This document shows positions 40,004 through 60,814 of a stretch of DNA of 64,000 nt, piece by piece (within the stretch, counting starts at the first letter, position 1; each line of letters starts with the position of its first letter). Source of the DNA: the human T2T-CHM13v2.0 reference genome, Homo sapiens. The translations under genes and the position numbers were made by a program. The notes under the pieces are model-generated. The model saw only the letters and a list, made by a program, of their open reading frames with translations. It made no database searches and had not been told where the DNA came from. Location of the stretch: the NCBI RefSeq assembly GCF_009914755.1, contig NC_060938.1. One strand, 5' to 3'.

Positions 40004-41849
40004 GACTCTGCAGATTCTACTAAAATCAAGAACATAGCTAAAGGCATTCTTCATCGTAAAAACGAATTTTAGAAAACAAGATGACTCTAACAGAGTTACT
40101 TTAAAATACAATGCAATATGTCTATTTTAAATGACAACAATATCTCCTGTCTGACAGCATTCAACTTACTTTCAGATTTATTCGGTGTTTTCTCAACTTC
40201 ACGAGAAATTGAAAATCCATAAAGGAGGGAAATATGTCTTGTTTCATTTTCAATAGTTATATCAAGAATACTTTTCAAAAGTATTTCATATTTACCATGT
40301 TTTCAGCAAGTAACTCTTAACAATACTCTGAGAGTATGATCGTGATGATAGGTAAAAATCAGGATCACTCCCTTTTCATCTTTACCTGTGTAGAGCAATG
40401 TAATGTGCCCTTTTCCCAAACCCTCTGACTCCATGAGGGATGAGACACAGAGGGTGTGGCTGAGGGCTCCTAGGACCGGGACTCCTTGGCTGATGTCCTG
40501 TGGCCTGCAGTCCAGGGCTTGCAGGTGATCAAACAGGAAAGGAGAAATGAGGGAGGCACAGTGCTACGAGCAGGCCTGTGTTTTCACTGGGAATGGTGGT
40601 TAGCAGATGCTCAGATGTGTCTCTTCTCCCTCACACTCACCTTTGGCTTGGCTCTTAACTCCTGCCCACCCCTCCCTAAACCCTCTGTGGAGGTCCGGAA
40701 CTGAGCGAGTCACAGACACCCAGCAAGCAGTCTCCAGAGAGGCCTCTGTGCATGAAGACTTCCCCAGAAGGATGCCCACTCTTCCTACCTGGCCTGGGAA
40801 CTCAAAATGGGCACAAAAACTGAAGACTGTGAGAGAGGGTCAGCTTACAGGCCAGAAACTGACAATAAGATTGATGTTCAAATAGCTGAATTATTGATTC
40901 TTATCCTGAGATCCACTCCTCATTTTCAGTCTTGCGATAAACCTTAGTGAGGGGTGTTTTGTCTTGTGTTCTATCTATTGGTGGATGGATTCCAACTTTT
41001 CTGAATATGGGGACGTAATTTTTAAAGCCAAAAATTTTGCAGATAGTAATGGATTTTTAACATCCATTGATTAACAAAGTACTATGAAAACAGTAACACT
41101 TTTAAATAAATTTGCTTTCAGTTTTTTTAACTAAACATAATACATGCATGTATATATTTAAACTTATCACACTGCCTGGCACAGTGAAAGCACTCAAAAA
41201 ATATTAGCTATAATTACTCCTATTGCTGTTGTTTACTCAATCATAGGTAATGCCTGGTATACATGTGGATTCTTAGAGTCCTTATAGAACACAGCAGCAC
41301 ATAAACTATACTAGGCTCTAAATCTTCTCTCCCAAGAACTTCATCTGATGCATATTTCACCAGCAACAGCAGCATTTAGCACTGTCTTGCTGTAGAAAAA
41401 TTCTTGATAAATTAATTGAATTAAATTTATGTCACATAAAATGTCATGAAGAGATGGAAGTGTCTTGGTCCTGTATCTTAGCATTTTCAAACCTCTCCAT
41501 TGTTTTTTTTTTAATGTATAGATTTCACCTGTGTAAAAATTAAAAATAAGAAAACTGATCCTAATGCTCTTCATGAAAGGCAAGAAAAGCCTTCTTGGAA
41601 AGCAATAGTTATGGGAGAGTTCTGCCAGAATTTGTTCTCAGAATGACATGAGAACAATTTTATTCTAGGAAATAGAGGTGCTGAGGACTCAGCTTCTGAC
41701 CTACCCTAGATCATAAACATCACTGCACTAACAGCCAATTAAGAATAATCTAAGCTCTTGTCCTTTTATAACAGACCTGGTTATGTCCTAAAAAATAAGA
41801 GCATTTATAAATAAAGAAGAAAGTTTAACAGTTCAATAGATCAACGTGA

Positions 41850-42260
41850 CTTTCCAGCTCCTCTCTGAACAGGTGACATCTATTTCCCCATCCCTTGAAT
41901 CTCAGTTGGCCTTGTAACTTATGTGGATCAATAGAATGTGGCCGAAGTGACAGCTGTGCAAGTTCTGAGCCCTCACCTCAAGAGCCTTTGCACTCTGTCA
42001 CCTGCTCTCTCAGACCTCGGCTTTTTTCCACGTGAATAAACCGAGGCTAACCTTCTGGAAGAAAAGAGACCATATGAAACAGAACCACATCAGCCTGAGG
42101 CCCTGGACATGTGCGAAAACTGAAGATCAGCAAAGCTGACCTGAAATTGAGTCACAGTTGACCTCAGATGCATGAGAATCTAACCAAGGCTGAAAACATT
42201 TGGTTGAATCCCACCTCAATTTCTGACCCAGAGATAGCAACTAATGTACAATATCATGAT
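41850..42260 (+). mobile_element. MLT1-type MaLR LTR (approximate)
   Basis: CCCCATCCCTTGAATCT..GGCCTTGTAACTT..CAATAGAATGTGGCCGAAGTGAC. Confidence 0.65.
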
Positions 42261-42970
42261 TGTTATGCAGTCATTAGAAAGAATATATTAGATAAATGTG
42301 TATTGGCCTGGAAAAGGTATCATCTAAGTATGCTTAATGATTATCCATCTTAAAAAAAAAATACAGAAATAGGGTTGTAGAACAAGGGTCCTGGTCATAC
42401 TGAGCTTACACTTCTGTTGATGAAATAAAACACATATGAGATGATGAGGAAATAATTCAACCAACAAGAAAATACTTTACAACCAAGAGACTTATTAAAT
42501 AAAATGGGTGCACCTTTTATAATACCAATAAGTATAATAGTACCCTAACACAGTAGACACATTTCTGTTGTCTGTAGTTATCTTTCAGAAAGCCGTCTTG
42601 GGAGAACCTTTAAATGACCTCAGAGAGCGAAGGTTTATGTAAATAAAGAATTAAGTCAGTGTGGGTAGAGGTTCAGCACCAGGGTGCAGGAAGTTATGTG
42701 AAGATTGTGGTATGGGGCTCATGTCTAGAAACAGAGAGTGGCCCCATGTCAGCCTATGAGGGAGGAGCCAGGCCCCACCTCAAGGGTCTCCTTCAGGAAG
42801 ATCTCTGTGGGAAAGGAGCAGGGGTTCCAGGTTTTCAGCAAAGCCTGTGCTTGGGCAATCCATCAACACGGTTAGTCCAGGGCCCACATATAACCTCTGA
42901 CCCTTCTCACATTTATTTTCTCTGTCTGGTACTTCCTCTAAGGAGCATCCTGCCACTCACCAGCCCCTAC

Positions 42971-42973
<3 letters not shown>

Positions 42974-43011
<38 letters not shown>
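42974..43011 (+). repeat. (AC)n microsatellite
   Basis: About 19 perfect AC units. Confidence 0.95.
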
Positions 43012-43013
<2 letters not shown>

Positions 43014-43645
43014 ATACTCTATTTGCTCATAATCTCATAATCATCCATCAGGTTTTAACTGAGATAGTACTTCTTCTGGGAACTTTCTCTGGTGAGAGAT
43101 CCTCTTATGTGGCTCTTGACCTACCAAACCAGAAGCAGTTGTGCAATTAGTGATCATTATTCTCTTATTTATTATAGTATCTCCAGCACTTAGCACAATA
43201 TCTGCAGACAGTGGGCACGCACTGAAAAAAAAATACTTTTTGAATCAATGAATTAAATAGCTAGTTTTCATTCACCCTAAGAAAATACCAAACATTGGTC
43301 TTAAGAATGTCACAGGCCTGAAGGTATAAAGGAGGAAGCAAGGAAACAAAATCAACAGACAGAGCCTTGGCAAAATCTGCTGTTCACCAGTCCTCCCAGC
43401 AAATCCATTTCCCATTCTGGGGAAGCAATGCCAAACAGCTCCAGGAACTCTGTACATGGTCTGTCAAGTATCCAAGACAGAAGGGAGACTTTTCAAGAGT
43501 GGAAGCCCAGCCTGCTTGCTCCAGTCTGGACTGTGCTGGTCTCTATTTTCCTAGTCAGGGATGGCCCCAACCTGGGACTGTGTCTCCTCTCAGGCTCTGA
43601 GGCCTTGGGAATGGAGGAATGTCGTATCTGCCAGTGGTTTAGGTC

Positions 43646-44369
43646 TGTATTGTGAAGAATTAACTTTCCCAAACAGAGATCTGGCCTTCACCCTCAGCTG
43701 CTGGGTGGTGATTCCTAGGCTCCTGGATTGTCCTGCCAGATAGGAGTATCTTTGTTTGCCTGAGGGCTTTGGCCACCAGTCAGTCTAATAACGTGATATA
43801 TGATGGGGCTTTGGAACATGCCATGTGAATTCTGACCTCTGGAGGAACCAGAGATCATTAGCTAGAACCTCCAGGAGGGGCTGGAGGTTAAAGGTCAGCC
43901 ACGTGGGCAGCGTGTGATAAAGCTCCAGGAAAAACTCTGGACACCAAAGGCTCAGTTGAGCTCCTATCTTCTGCAACACTCCATGAGTTCTGTCACACAA
44001 CATGGCTGGGAGGAGGTAACACACCCAGGTCTCCCTGGGAGAGGACAACCAGAAGCTTCATGTTTAGAACCCTCCCAGATTTCACCCAATGCTTCTCTCC
44101 CTTTGGTTGGTTCTGATTTGTACCCTTTTGCTCTAATAAACTATGATCATGATCACTTTCCTGAGTTTTGTGTGTTGTTTCATGGAACTATCAAGCCTGA
44201 GGGAGCATGGGAACTCCCAGATTTGTAGCCAGCTAGCCAGGAGTAAAGGCAGCCTGGGGACCCGGAACTTGTGGCTGATGTTTGCATTGAGGGCAGTCCT
44301 GTGGAGGACTGTGCCCTTAACCTGTGAAGCATGGCCACCTCCCGGCAGTTGCTGTGAGAACTCATTGCA
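43646..44369 (+). mobile_element. MER21-family LTR
   Basis: TGTGAAGAATTAACTTTCCCAAACAGAGATCTGGCCTTCACCCTCAGC; AAAAACTCTGGACACCAAAGGCTCAG shared with the copy at 35.2 kb. Confidence 0.8.
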
Positions 44370-47211
44370 GGGCCACTCAGGGAAGTGTGGGAAATTGAAC
44401 CAATGATGCCTGACACCACGGCTTCCTGACTATCCTCTAGGAAGTCTATCAGGAGATGCCCCTGTTCACTTCCCTGTAGGTTCCAGCGAGGCTCAGAGGG
44501 TCATCAGTTCTACCAACAATATCTGCGCAGAAGAGAGTAGCTGTGATTTTATTTTAGTCTGAAAGAACACTGTTTGTTGTTGATTAACACCTAAATATTA
44601 CAAACAGTCTCTCAGTGTGAGAAGATTTATCTTATTCTCCTGTGTAATTAGAATGATTATTCAACAAATGGATGTTATCTAGCGAACTTCCAGAAAGAAG
44701 CCAAATTTATCAACCTCACCAACTCACACATACAGCCAGGGATCTATATTCTTGTGCTCTCAGAGAAGGCATGGAGCTTGGACTGACAGCAAAAGACCAA
44801 CAAAACACCCAGAAGCCAGTCAAAAATGGCCCAGGCTGCAGGATCCTTGAAAGACCTGAAAACACACGAGGAAAAGGCTGGGAAATAGTAATGGTGAGTG
44901 GACCTCTGCGGTCTGGAGAGGAAACTACTGGTTATTTTAGGAAAAACATTCCCATAATGGGGCTCAGGGAAAAAAGAAAGTAATGGTATCCAGGCCTTAT
45001 TCTCAGAAGCATTCTCCTCCCTGAATCCAGTATCTGAGGTAACTGAGCAGCAGATAAAAATAGCATTTTCTCGAAACAAAGCAAAACATTAAAAAAAAAA
45101 TAGCCTACTGTCTAAGCTTTGTCTCCCAGTGGAACTCAGGAACCAAGCCAGCTTCTCCAGCTGTGCACCTTGGCTGTGTGTCTCAGATGGAACATTTCTG
45201 ACTTCATTCCCTCCTCCTCCCACGTCACTCGGTAAGGAGGGTGGGCCAGGACAAGCAGCTCAGACAGCTGTTCCTACAGCTGGCCTTACCACAATCCCCC
45301 AGGCCTCACATACATGCACCTCTGGGCCCTGCCTGCCTGCACTAAACCATCCGGCCCAGTGCAACAGACCATTCTTTCAAGCTGTCTCTCTCCTACTCAC
45401 AACCATCCCAGGAGTCCTCTTAAAACTATTTTTTCGGAGAACACATTGTGCTTTGCCACACTGTTCCATTTATCTCTTGGTGGCCATTCCATTTGCCTCA
45501 GCAACTCTCTATCCCATTTTTTAGTACTACCCCTGAACGAGAAGGCAATCTTGTTCATCTTGCCAACTCTAAATCCTTATCGCAATCGTGTTGCTTTAGA
45601 TTGCATTCATGTGTGAATAGGTGTGGATAGGTGTTTGGCACTGTGTTAGATGCCAAAGATACAGTGCTAAGGAAAAAACATACCTGACAACAGATTTTAT
45701 TATATTCCAACGGGAAAGATAGGATAAACAGATACATAAACAATGTATATGCAGATTAGGATGAGTATCATGAAAGCAATAAATAAGAGGCTGACGGGTT
45801 CAATTTAAGTGGGGTGGCCAGAAAATGCTTTTCCTTCTTCTGAGAGAAGTGAGCGAGGGGCACAGAGAAGTCCGAATTGTTACACTAATGAATATTTCTG
45901 AGCTTGAAAACACAAAACAAGGGGAGATGAGGTTCCACTCAACAGAGGTATATACACATCAATTACATGACCCAGAAAACCTGATTCAGACACACCTTGC
46001 TGACACTACTCCATAGGGAAGGTCATTTTCACTTGTCCACATCTACCACACCTCCATTTTCACTCTCCCTGAGATAAGAGGATGTGCATTTACACTGTGT
46101 CTGCCTAGCGAAATTGTACCCCCCGCTGAATAAAGCACAGTTAGTTGAGATTCACGAACACCAAGCCTCTCTTTATAATGACTTTAGAGAGCTGTGCTAA
46201 CTGACCAGCACTCTGGATACTTATGAGCAGATGTCTGGTAGCAATGGAACCTCTCATGACCACCCAGGCTCTAAATGACTGTTCAGCTCAGCAGCTCATT
46301 ATCACCTTCCTGGAGTTAGAGCTCCAACATAAGAATAAATATCTCCATCTAGTATTATCACTTTTTAAATCAAAATCTATATTCAGCTTGAGAGTATAAA
46401 TATCAAAATTTCAGGGCATTTTTTCTAACTTTTCTTGGGAGATTTTAGTAAAATTCCAGGGCAGATTGCTGAAAGTACAATCTGGGAACAGAAACTAATA
46501 TAGTGTCACATCATATGAAGTTAACCTCTTTTTCTTATGCAATTCTATCAAACTTCAAGGAAATTCTTTGGAAATCTGGGCCCCACTACATTTAAAACAA
46601 AATAGGTCTATCATGAAATGCCTAATAAAGGTTGATCTTACAGTGTGATCGAGGTGCTATGCAGATCTGAGACAGGTGGATTATTCCAGAATGAGAAAGA
46701 AACACAGGATGAATAAGTCGCACTAATGGCAATAGCAACTTCTGGGAAACACCAATTTCTGGCAGCTGTTGCTTTCGTCAACACTTTCTCAGCAAAATTG
46801 CCACAGCCATTTCTGAGAGCTTAGAAGCACTGCTAGGAATCTCTAATAGGAGTCTGTTTAATGGGAATTCCTATTGACTACAGCCGCTTTTGCATATAGG
46901 AGATAATGTTGAGCTAAGGGAATCTTTCAATGATTCATTCAAAACATGTTTATCCACCATGTGATAAACATTATAGTCAGTGCCATAGTATAAACTTGAA
47001 TAATGCATAATCCCTGCCCCCAGGGAACTCACATCCTTCTCGACATGCCTAGCACAAACACACAGAATTATAATAAAAGTTGTCAAGAAGAAGATATGGG
47101 TGGCGCATTATGCAAGCAGAGAAAAAGGGACTGCCTTATTCATTTAGAAGCTACTGGCCCTCTCTAGAGATTGTTGGTCTTCCAGTACATCTAAATATTC
47201 TTCAATCGTAA

Positions 47212-47587
<376 letters not shown>

Positions 47588-47976
47588 AGTTAAGCCTCTT
47601 AAAGAATGTCTTGAATTATAACAAACACATGATGCCTATCTTCCCCCATATCTTTATACTGACAAAATTAGGTTCAAAATCAAGGCATGGTCACCAGAAA
47701 TCAGGTCAGAGGGATCAAGAAAACATGGACAGTGAAGTGATTTCACTTCCATACAGGTGATAAATATTTCCTAAAATACAGGTAGATGTGTGGCACAAAA
47801 CCTCCAGACTCTGAGCATCAAAGTCCCTCCTAATACCAGAAAGGAAGGACCCAGCATTTGTCATCTCAGTCTCAGACAAATACATACTCAGAGGGCCTCA
47901 GGAACATATGTAAACTAAAAAAAAAAACATGAGAAATTGAGCAGGAGCCTGAGTTTGGGCTTCCTTGGGTGGGTAC

Positions 47977-48345
47977 TGTATTAATTTCCCATAACAAAAT
48001 ACTATGGAATAGTACACAGATGTTTCTTTCCTCACATTTTTGGAGGCAGGAAGTCCATGATTGAGGTGTCAGCAGGCTTGGATTCTCCTGAGGCTTCTCT
48101 CCTTGGCTTGTGAATGGTCATCTTCTCTCTCTCTCTCTTCACTTGGTCTTTTCTCTGTGCACAGGCATCCTTTGTATTTCTCCCTCTTCTTATAAGGACA
48201 TAAATCCTACTGGATTAGGACCTTACCCTTATGACCTCATTTAACCTCAGTTACCACTTTAAAAGCCATATCTTCAAATACAGTCACATTGGGGGCTAGG
48301 GCTTCAGCATATGAATTTTAGGAGGACAGAATTCAATCCATAATA
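47977..48345 (-). mobile_element. MLT1A/B-type MaLR LTR
   Basis: GGAGGCAGGAAGTCC..AGGTGTCAGCAGG..CTTATAAGGAC..GGATTAGG..AATTCAATCCATAATA. Confidence 0.75.
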
Positions 48346-49199
48346 GATGGGGACAGGGCAATTCTCTTCCTAGGTAAGCCTTCCCTTAGGGCCATTTACG
48401 GGGAGATAAACAAACCCCAATTTCTACTGAGCAAAAGCTCAGAGACCCTGAAGTAACTGCAGTTAGTAAATGAGAAAGACAGAATATTTTCAATATCTTC
48501 AAGTCTAATACCTAGAAGTGATAGAGGTTTATTCACATTTTCTCCCAGTCATTTTCTTATTCTGTGTTTATACAGCATTTCTGTTAATGACACCATTATT
48601 TTCAGAAATCAAAATGAAATCTTAATGTTATCATTGACTCTCCCCCCTTCCTTGCCTTCACTTCAATCATAATTTTCCATGTCTATGTAAGTATTCTTTT
48701 GGCTATTTACATATTCATCAGAAACCTATTTCAGCTCTTATTAATTTTCATGAAGATCACTAATGGAAGCCACCTATTGTTCATGCTTCTAGTTCAGGTG
48801 CTCCTAATATGGGAACTGTATAGTTTCAGTTGATCTATAACCTTTCACCCCCCAGGTTTTGTGGTTGTTTTTATATACACTTTCACACATATAAGTGGTA
48901 ATGTGTTCATTGCTATTATCAGTTGTTCAAAGTGGGTCCCTCACCCACGAACAGGTTAAAAGCCAGAGCTCTCCTCTCTCCTACTACACTTGCTCCTTGT
49001 AAAAAAAATTTAATCTTTGTGATTAACACAATTGTTTATATTCTTCCCCCTACTCAAATACTCCCAGTTACAAACATTTTAACTTGTAGTTTAAAATCGT
49101 TCCTGGTCAGCAATCCCTTCTGTAGACTCTTCCAAAAATTACCATGGTTCTTATAATCAATCTCACACCCAAAAGAGGAGATTTTAGAAAGGCATAGAC

Positions 49200-51070
49200 A
49201 CCAGAAGGCAGGGATATATCTGTCTACCACAGTCCACCGTCTGGCCACCAATGACTCACATTACCCTCACTTGCAAAAATACATTCACATACATCCCCAA
49301 AGGTCTCAAGAATCTTATCTCACAGAGCTTCAGCTCAAAGTCAAACTTTTATGCTTTAAATCATGGCTAAGTTCAAACACAGCTCCTGGGCATAATATAT
49401 GAAGTACAGCTCCTGGGGTATAACTTCTCTCCTTCTGTCAACCTGTAAAACTAAAGAGGCAAGTGATCTGCCCCCAGTACACCCGTCATACAATTTTGAA
49501 ACAGGCATAACTGGTAGGCATGGGATAACAGCTATAGACATATTGGTTCAAAGGGAGGAGGGGAAAAAGATAACAAAGAGTCGTTGGTCCATAGCAGTTC
49601 TAAAATCTAGCTGGGCAAATGTTGGGAGTTCAATGATTAGGTTTTAGAGCCTAAGATTAATCTCGGCTATTGGGGAAACCAGCCCCCAGTATTTCAACGT
49701 AGGTTCTTTTCTATTTTCCCTAAGTGTCGGCCAGTCTGAGAAATAAAGAGAAAGAGAACAAAAAAAAGAAATTTTACAGCTGGGTCTCCGGGGTTGACAT
49801 CACATGTTGGCAGGTTCCATGATGCCCCCTGAGCCTCAAAACCAGCACGTTTTTATTATGGATTTCAAAAGGAGGGGGGGGTGTATGAATAGGGTGTGTG
49901 TCACAGAGATCACATATGATCACATGCTTCAAGGGCAATAAAATAGCACAAGGCAAATGGGCAGGACAAGGTCACAAGGCCAGGGCAAAATTAGAATTAC
50001 AGATGAGGTTCCCTGTCCCACTGTGCACGTATTGTCATTGATAAACATCTTAACAGGAAACGGGGTTCAAGAGCAGAGAACAGGTCTGACTAGAATTTCA
50101 TCAGGCTGGAATTTCCCAATCCTAACAAGCCTAGGGGCGCTGCAGGAGACCAGGGCTTATTTCATACCTTATCTACAACTGCATAAGACAGACACTCCCA
50201 GAGCAGCCATTTTAGAGGCCTCCCCCTGGGAGTGCATTCTTTTCCCAGGGCTGTTCCTTGCTGAGAAAAAGAATTCAGTGATATTTCTCTTATTTGCTTT
50301 TGCAAGAAGAGAAATATGACTCTGTTCCACCTGGCCCCGCAGGCAGTCAGACTTTATGGTTATCTTCCTTGTTTCCTGAAAATCACTGTTATCCTGTTCC
50401 TTTTCTAGGTGCCCAGATTTCATATTTTTCAAACACACATGCTCTACAAACAAGCTGGGCAGATAACACAATCATTACAGGATCCTGAGGCGACATACAT
50501 CCTCAGTTTATGAAGATGATGGGATTAAGAGATTAAAGTAAAGACAGGCATAGGAAATTGTAAGAGTATTGATTGGGGAAGTGAAAAATGTCCTTGAAAT
50601 TGTCACCATTTATGTTCTTCTGCCATGGCTTCAGCCGGTCCCTCCGTCTGGGGTCCCTGACTTCCCACAACACTTGGCTCTACCCTCTTGCCTCTTAGCA
50701 CCACCCTCTATCATCCTTCTTCTTTAATGTTTGCAGTTGAGTAGTTTTATCAGCCTGCTTCCTGCCAGTAGAAATGTTGGGGTCTGACAGCCTCCTTTCA
50801 TTTCATTTTGTAGTCTTTCTATCCCTTTCAGTCCAAGCCAGTAGTGTTTCTGCTGAAATAATTTTCTCAAGATCTTTGTGCATCTACCATAGATTTCAAT
50901 GATGTTCTGACCATCAGAAAAAAACACACCCACAGATCTTTTCCAGACAGCATATATTTTTGGCTCCTGCTCGGATGGCTGAGGGGCTACAGTTTGATTG
51001 AGTGGATCTAAAAGGCACATTCTTAATCTCCTTAAGGAGTCCTTTGTGCCATTGAATATTCTCACCTTTT
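49200..51070. mobile_element. MaLR internal (MLT-int-like) remnant, interrupted by MER11
   Basis: ATGCAAAATACATTCAC-like, GGCATGGGATAAC..ATAGACAT..TTCAAAGGGAG motifs on both sides of the LTR. Confidence 0.5.
49668..50672 (-). mobile_element. MER11 solo LTR (HERV-K11/HML-8)
   Basis: Reverse strand starts TGTTGTGGGAAGTCAGGGACCCCAGACGGAGGGACCGGCTGAAGCCATGGCAGAAGAAC; about 1 kb; 6-bp TSD CTCGGC/CTTGGC. Confidence 0.9.
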
Positions 51071-51081
51071 AGTCTTTGAGG

Positions 51082-53082
51082 TTTTTTTAACTTTTATTTT
51101 GAGTTCAGGAGTACATGTGTAGGTTTGTTATAAAGGTAAACTTGTGTCATGGGGTTTGTTGTTCAGATTTTTTCATCACCCAGGTATTAAGCCTGGGTGT
51201 ACACATTAGTTATTTTTCACGATCCTCTCCCTCCTCTCACCCTCCACCCTCAAGTAGGCTCCAGTGTCTGTTGTTCCCCTCTATGTCCATGTGTTCTGTG
51301 TTATCATTTCGCTCCCACATATAAGTGAGAAAATGCTGTATTTGGTTTTCTCTTTCTGTGTTAATTTGCTAAGGATAATGACCTCCAGCTTCATCAATGT
51401 CCCTGCAAAGGGCATGATCTCATTATTTTTTATGGCTGTATAGTATTTCATGGTTTATATCTATCACATTTTCTTTATCCAATCTGCCATTCCTGGCCAT
51501 TTAGGTTGATTCCATGTCTTTGCTATTGTGAATAGTGCTGCAATGAACATATGCATACATGTGTCTTTATGATAGAACGATTATTATTCCTTTGGGTATA
51601 TACCCAGTAATGGGATTGCTAAGTCAAATGGTAGTTCTGTTTTTAGGTCTTTGAGGAACAGCCATGCTGTTGCTCCTAATGGTTGAACTAACTTACACTC
51701 CCACCAACAGTGTAAGTGTTCCTTTTTCTCCACAACCTCACCAGCACATTATTTTTTGACTTTTTAACAATAGCCATTCTGACTGGTGTGAGATGGTAGC
51801 TCATTGTGGTTTTTATTTGCATTTCTCTAATAATCAGGAATGTTGAGCTTTTTTTCATATGCTTGGTGGCTGTATGTGTGTCTTCTTTTGAAAAGTGTCT
51901 GTTCGTGTCCTTTGCCCACTTTTTAATGGATTTTTTTCTTGTAAATTTGTTTAAGTTCCTTATAGATGCTGCATATTAGACCTTTGTCAGATGCATAGTT
52001 TGCAAATATTTTCTCCCATTCTGTAAGTTGTCTTTTTAGTCTGCTGATAGTTTCTTTTGCTGTGCAGAAGTTCTTTAGTTTAATTAGATCCCATTTGTCA
52101 AATTTTGCTTTTGTTGCAATTGCTTTTGATGTCTTTGCCATAAAATCTTTGCCTATTCCTATGTACAGAGTGGTATTGCCTAGGTTGTCTTCCAGGGTTT
52201 TTTTTATAATTTTGGGTCTTTAATCCAGCTTGAGTTGATTTTTTTTGTACATGATGTAAGGAAGGAGTCCAGTTTCAATCATCTGTATATGGCTAGCCAG
52301 TTATCCCAGCACCATTTATTGAATAGAGAGTCTTCCCCATTGCTTGTTTTTGCCAGCTTTGTTGAAGATCAGGTAGTTGTAGCCTTATTTCTGGGCTCTC
52401 TATTCTGTTTCATTGGTCTATGTGTCTGTTTCTGTACCAGTACCACACTGTTTTTGTTAGTGTAGCCCTGCAGTATACTTTGAAGTCAGGTAGCATGATG
52501 CCTCCAGCTTTGTTCTTTTTGCTTAGGATTGCCTTGGCTATTTGGGCTCTTTTTTTTTTCCATATCAGTTTTAAAATAGTTTTTCTCTAATTCTGTGAAG
52601 AGTGTCATTGGTAGTTTGATAGGAATAGCATTGAATCTATAAATTGCTTTGGGCCGTATGGCCATTTTAACAATATTGATTCTTCCTGTCCCTGAGCACG
52701 GGATATTTTTCCATTTGTCTGTGTCATCTCTCGTTTCTTTGAGCAGTGTTTTGCAGTTCTGCTTGGAGAGATCTTTCACCTCCCTGGTTAGTTGCATTCC
52801 TAGGTATTTTATTCTTTTTGTGGCCATTGTGAATGGGATTGGGTTCCTGATTTGGCTCTCAGCTTGACTGTTATTGCTGTATAGAAATGGCAGTGATTTT
52901 TTTATGTTGATTTTGTATCCTGAGATTTTGCTGAAGTTGTTTATCAGTTGAAGGAGCTTTGGGGCCAAGTCTATGGGTTTTTCTAGATATAGAATCATGT
53001 CGTCTGCAAAGAAGGATAATTTGACTTTCTCTCTTCCTATTTGGATGCAATTTAATACTTTCTCTTGCTTGATTGCTCTAGC
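51082..53082 (-). mobile_element. 5'-truncated older L1PA (about PA11-13) LINE
   Basis: ORF2 RT fragment ([16 protein letters not shown] 52486-53121) plus 3'UTR and poly-T. Confidence 0.9.
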
Positions 53083-53619
53083 AATCTCTTTGGCCTGAAA
53101 GCCCCCTGAGGACAAATACATCAGTCAACTGTTTCTTTGTTTGTTGTTTGTTGTTTCTTTTAAATTATTCTCATTACTTAGCACAGATCATGTACACCAT
53201 GAGTGTTTAATAATATCAATAGAATATTTGGGAGCAGGAGGTTATTTTGCTTAGTTTTATGCTTTCACTGTTGTTGTAGAACAGCTGGGCTAGAAGACAT
53301 TATTAAACATAAATACAACTGGTAAAATATCCCAGCAGAAGAAATGCTTTAAAAATATCTCCAATCACTGCAGGAGTGCAGAGAGGCAACAACTCCTCCA
53401 GCTTTTGCACATCGAATAATTGGTTTAGTTCACTCCTTCCACATCACTTGGAGCAGCGGGGAGGGTGGGGAAAGCTTAATGACCAGGAAAGCCTTTCATA
53501 AAGTCATCATCAATGTTCTTTATAACCTAATGTCACTTCAATAGTCCATGGTTTTCAAATAAATGTCCTACCTGCCCACAGACTGAAATTTTAGCCAAAT
53601 AAATCCATAAATTTAAACA

Positions 53620-54510
53620 TATTGACAATCAAAATGGTAAAAAGAACTTTTATTTTTAACTTGTAAAAATGGTTTTAGAGGTCATCAGGAAGAATAAATG
53701 AGATACATAGCCAAAAAAAATTTAAATACTTGCCACATCAGATATTAGAATGTGTTCTAAAGCTACGCTAATTAAAATAATGAGGTACCAATACAGGAAT
53801 AGGTAGGTAGAGCAATAGAAGCATTAAGTATAAACTTATAAGAGACTCAAGTTATAAGTTACAAGAATTTGACATATGTTAAAGTTAGCATCTCAAGCCA
53901 GAACAGCATGTCAATAAATTGTTGAAAGACACCTGGATAACCATCAGGAAAACAATTAAATTAGATCCCTACCTCAACAACTAAATTCCAAAGGAAAAAG
54001 ACTCATAACATTTTTAATTAAAAAGCACTGGAAGAATATATAGATGACCTTTTACATAACTTTGAAAAAGGAGAATTATGTTATAAAAATCACAACAAAG
54101 GCAGAAATTATAAAAGATAAAATTGACAGATTTGACTAAATACATCTTTAAACATGTGAATATTAAAACGCTGTAAAAAATTAAAAGACAAATAAAGTAG
54201 AAATTATCTAAAATATATATCAAAGCAAAAACTGCATTTCTATATGCCACTGGTATATAAAAATACTTCCAAATCAGTAAATACAAATTGCACACAAATA
54301 GAAAATGATAGAAGAAGCTAACAGGCATTTCACAAAAGAAGATTATAAATGACTGATAAACACATTAAAATGTCTATTACTACATAATTAAAGTAATTCT
54401 GAAACCAATAAAGTACTTTTTTCTGCATAATTCTAGGGATTTATGCTTAGGAAAGAATTTGTAATAAAGATCCACACACAAAGATATCTATCAGAATGTA
54501 GTATATAACA
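53620..54510 (+). mobile_element. Ancient L1M fragment (approximate)
   Basis: Decayed ORF2 3' motifs (TTAGATCCCTACCTC, AATTGACAGATTTGACTAAATA). Confidence 0.55.
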
Positions 54511-54526
54511 CCACAAATCATAAATG

Positions 54527-60800
<6,274 letters not shown>

Positions 60801-60814
60801 AAATAAACAGTTTA

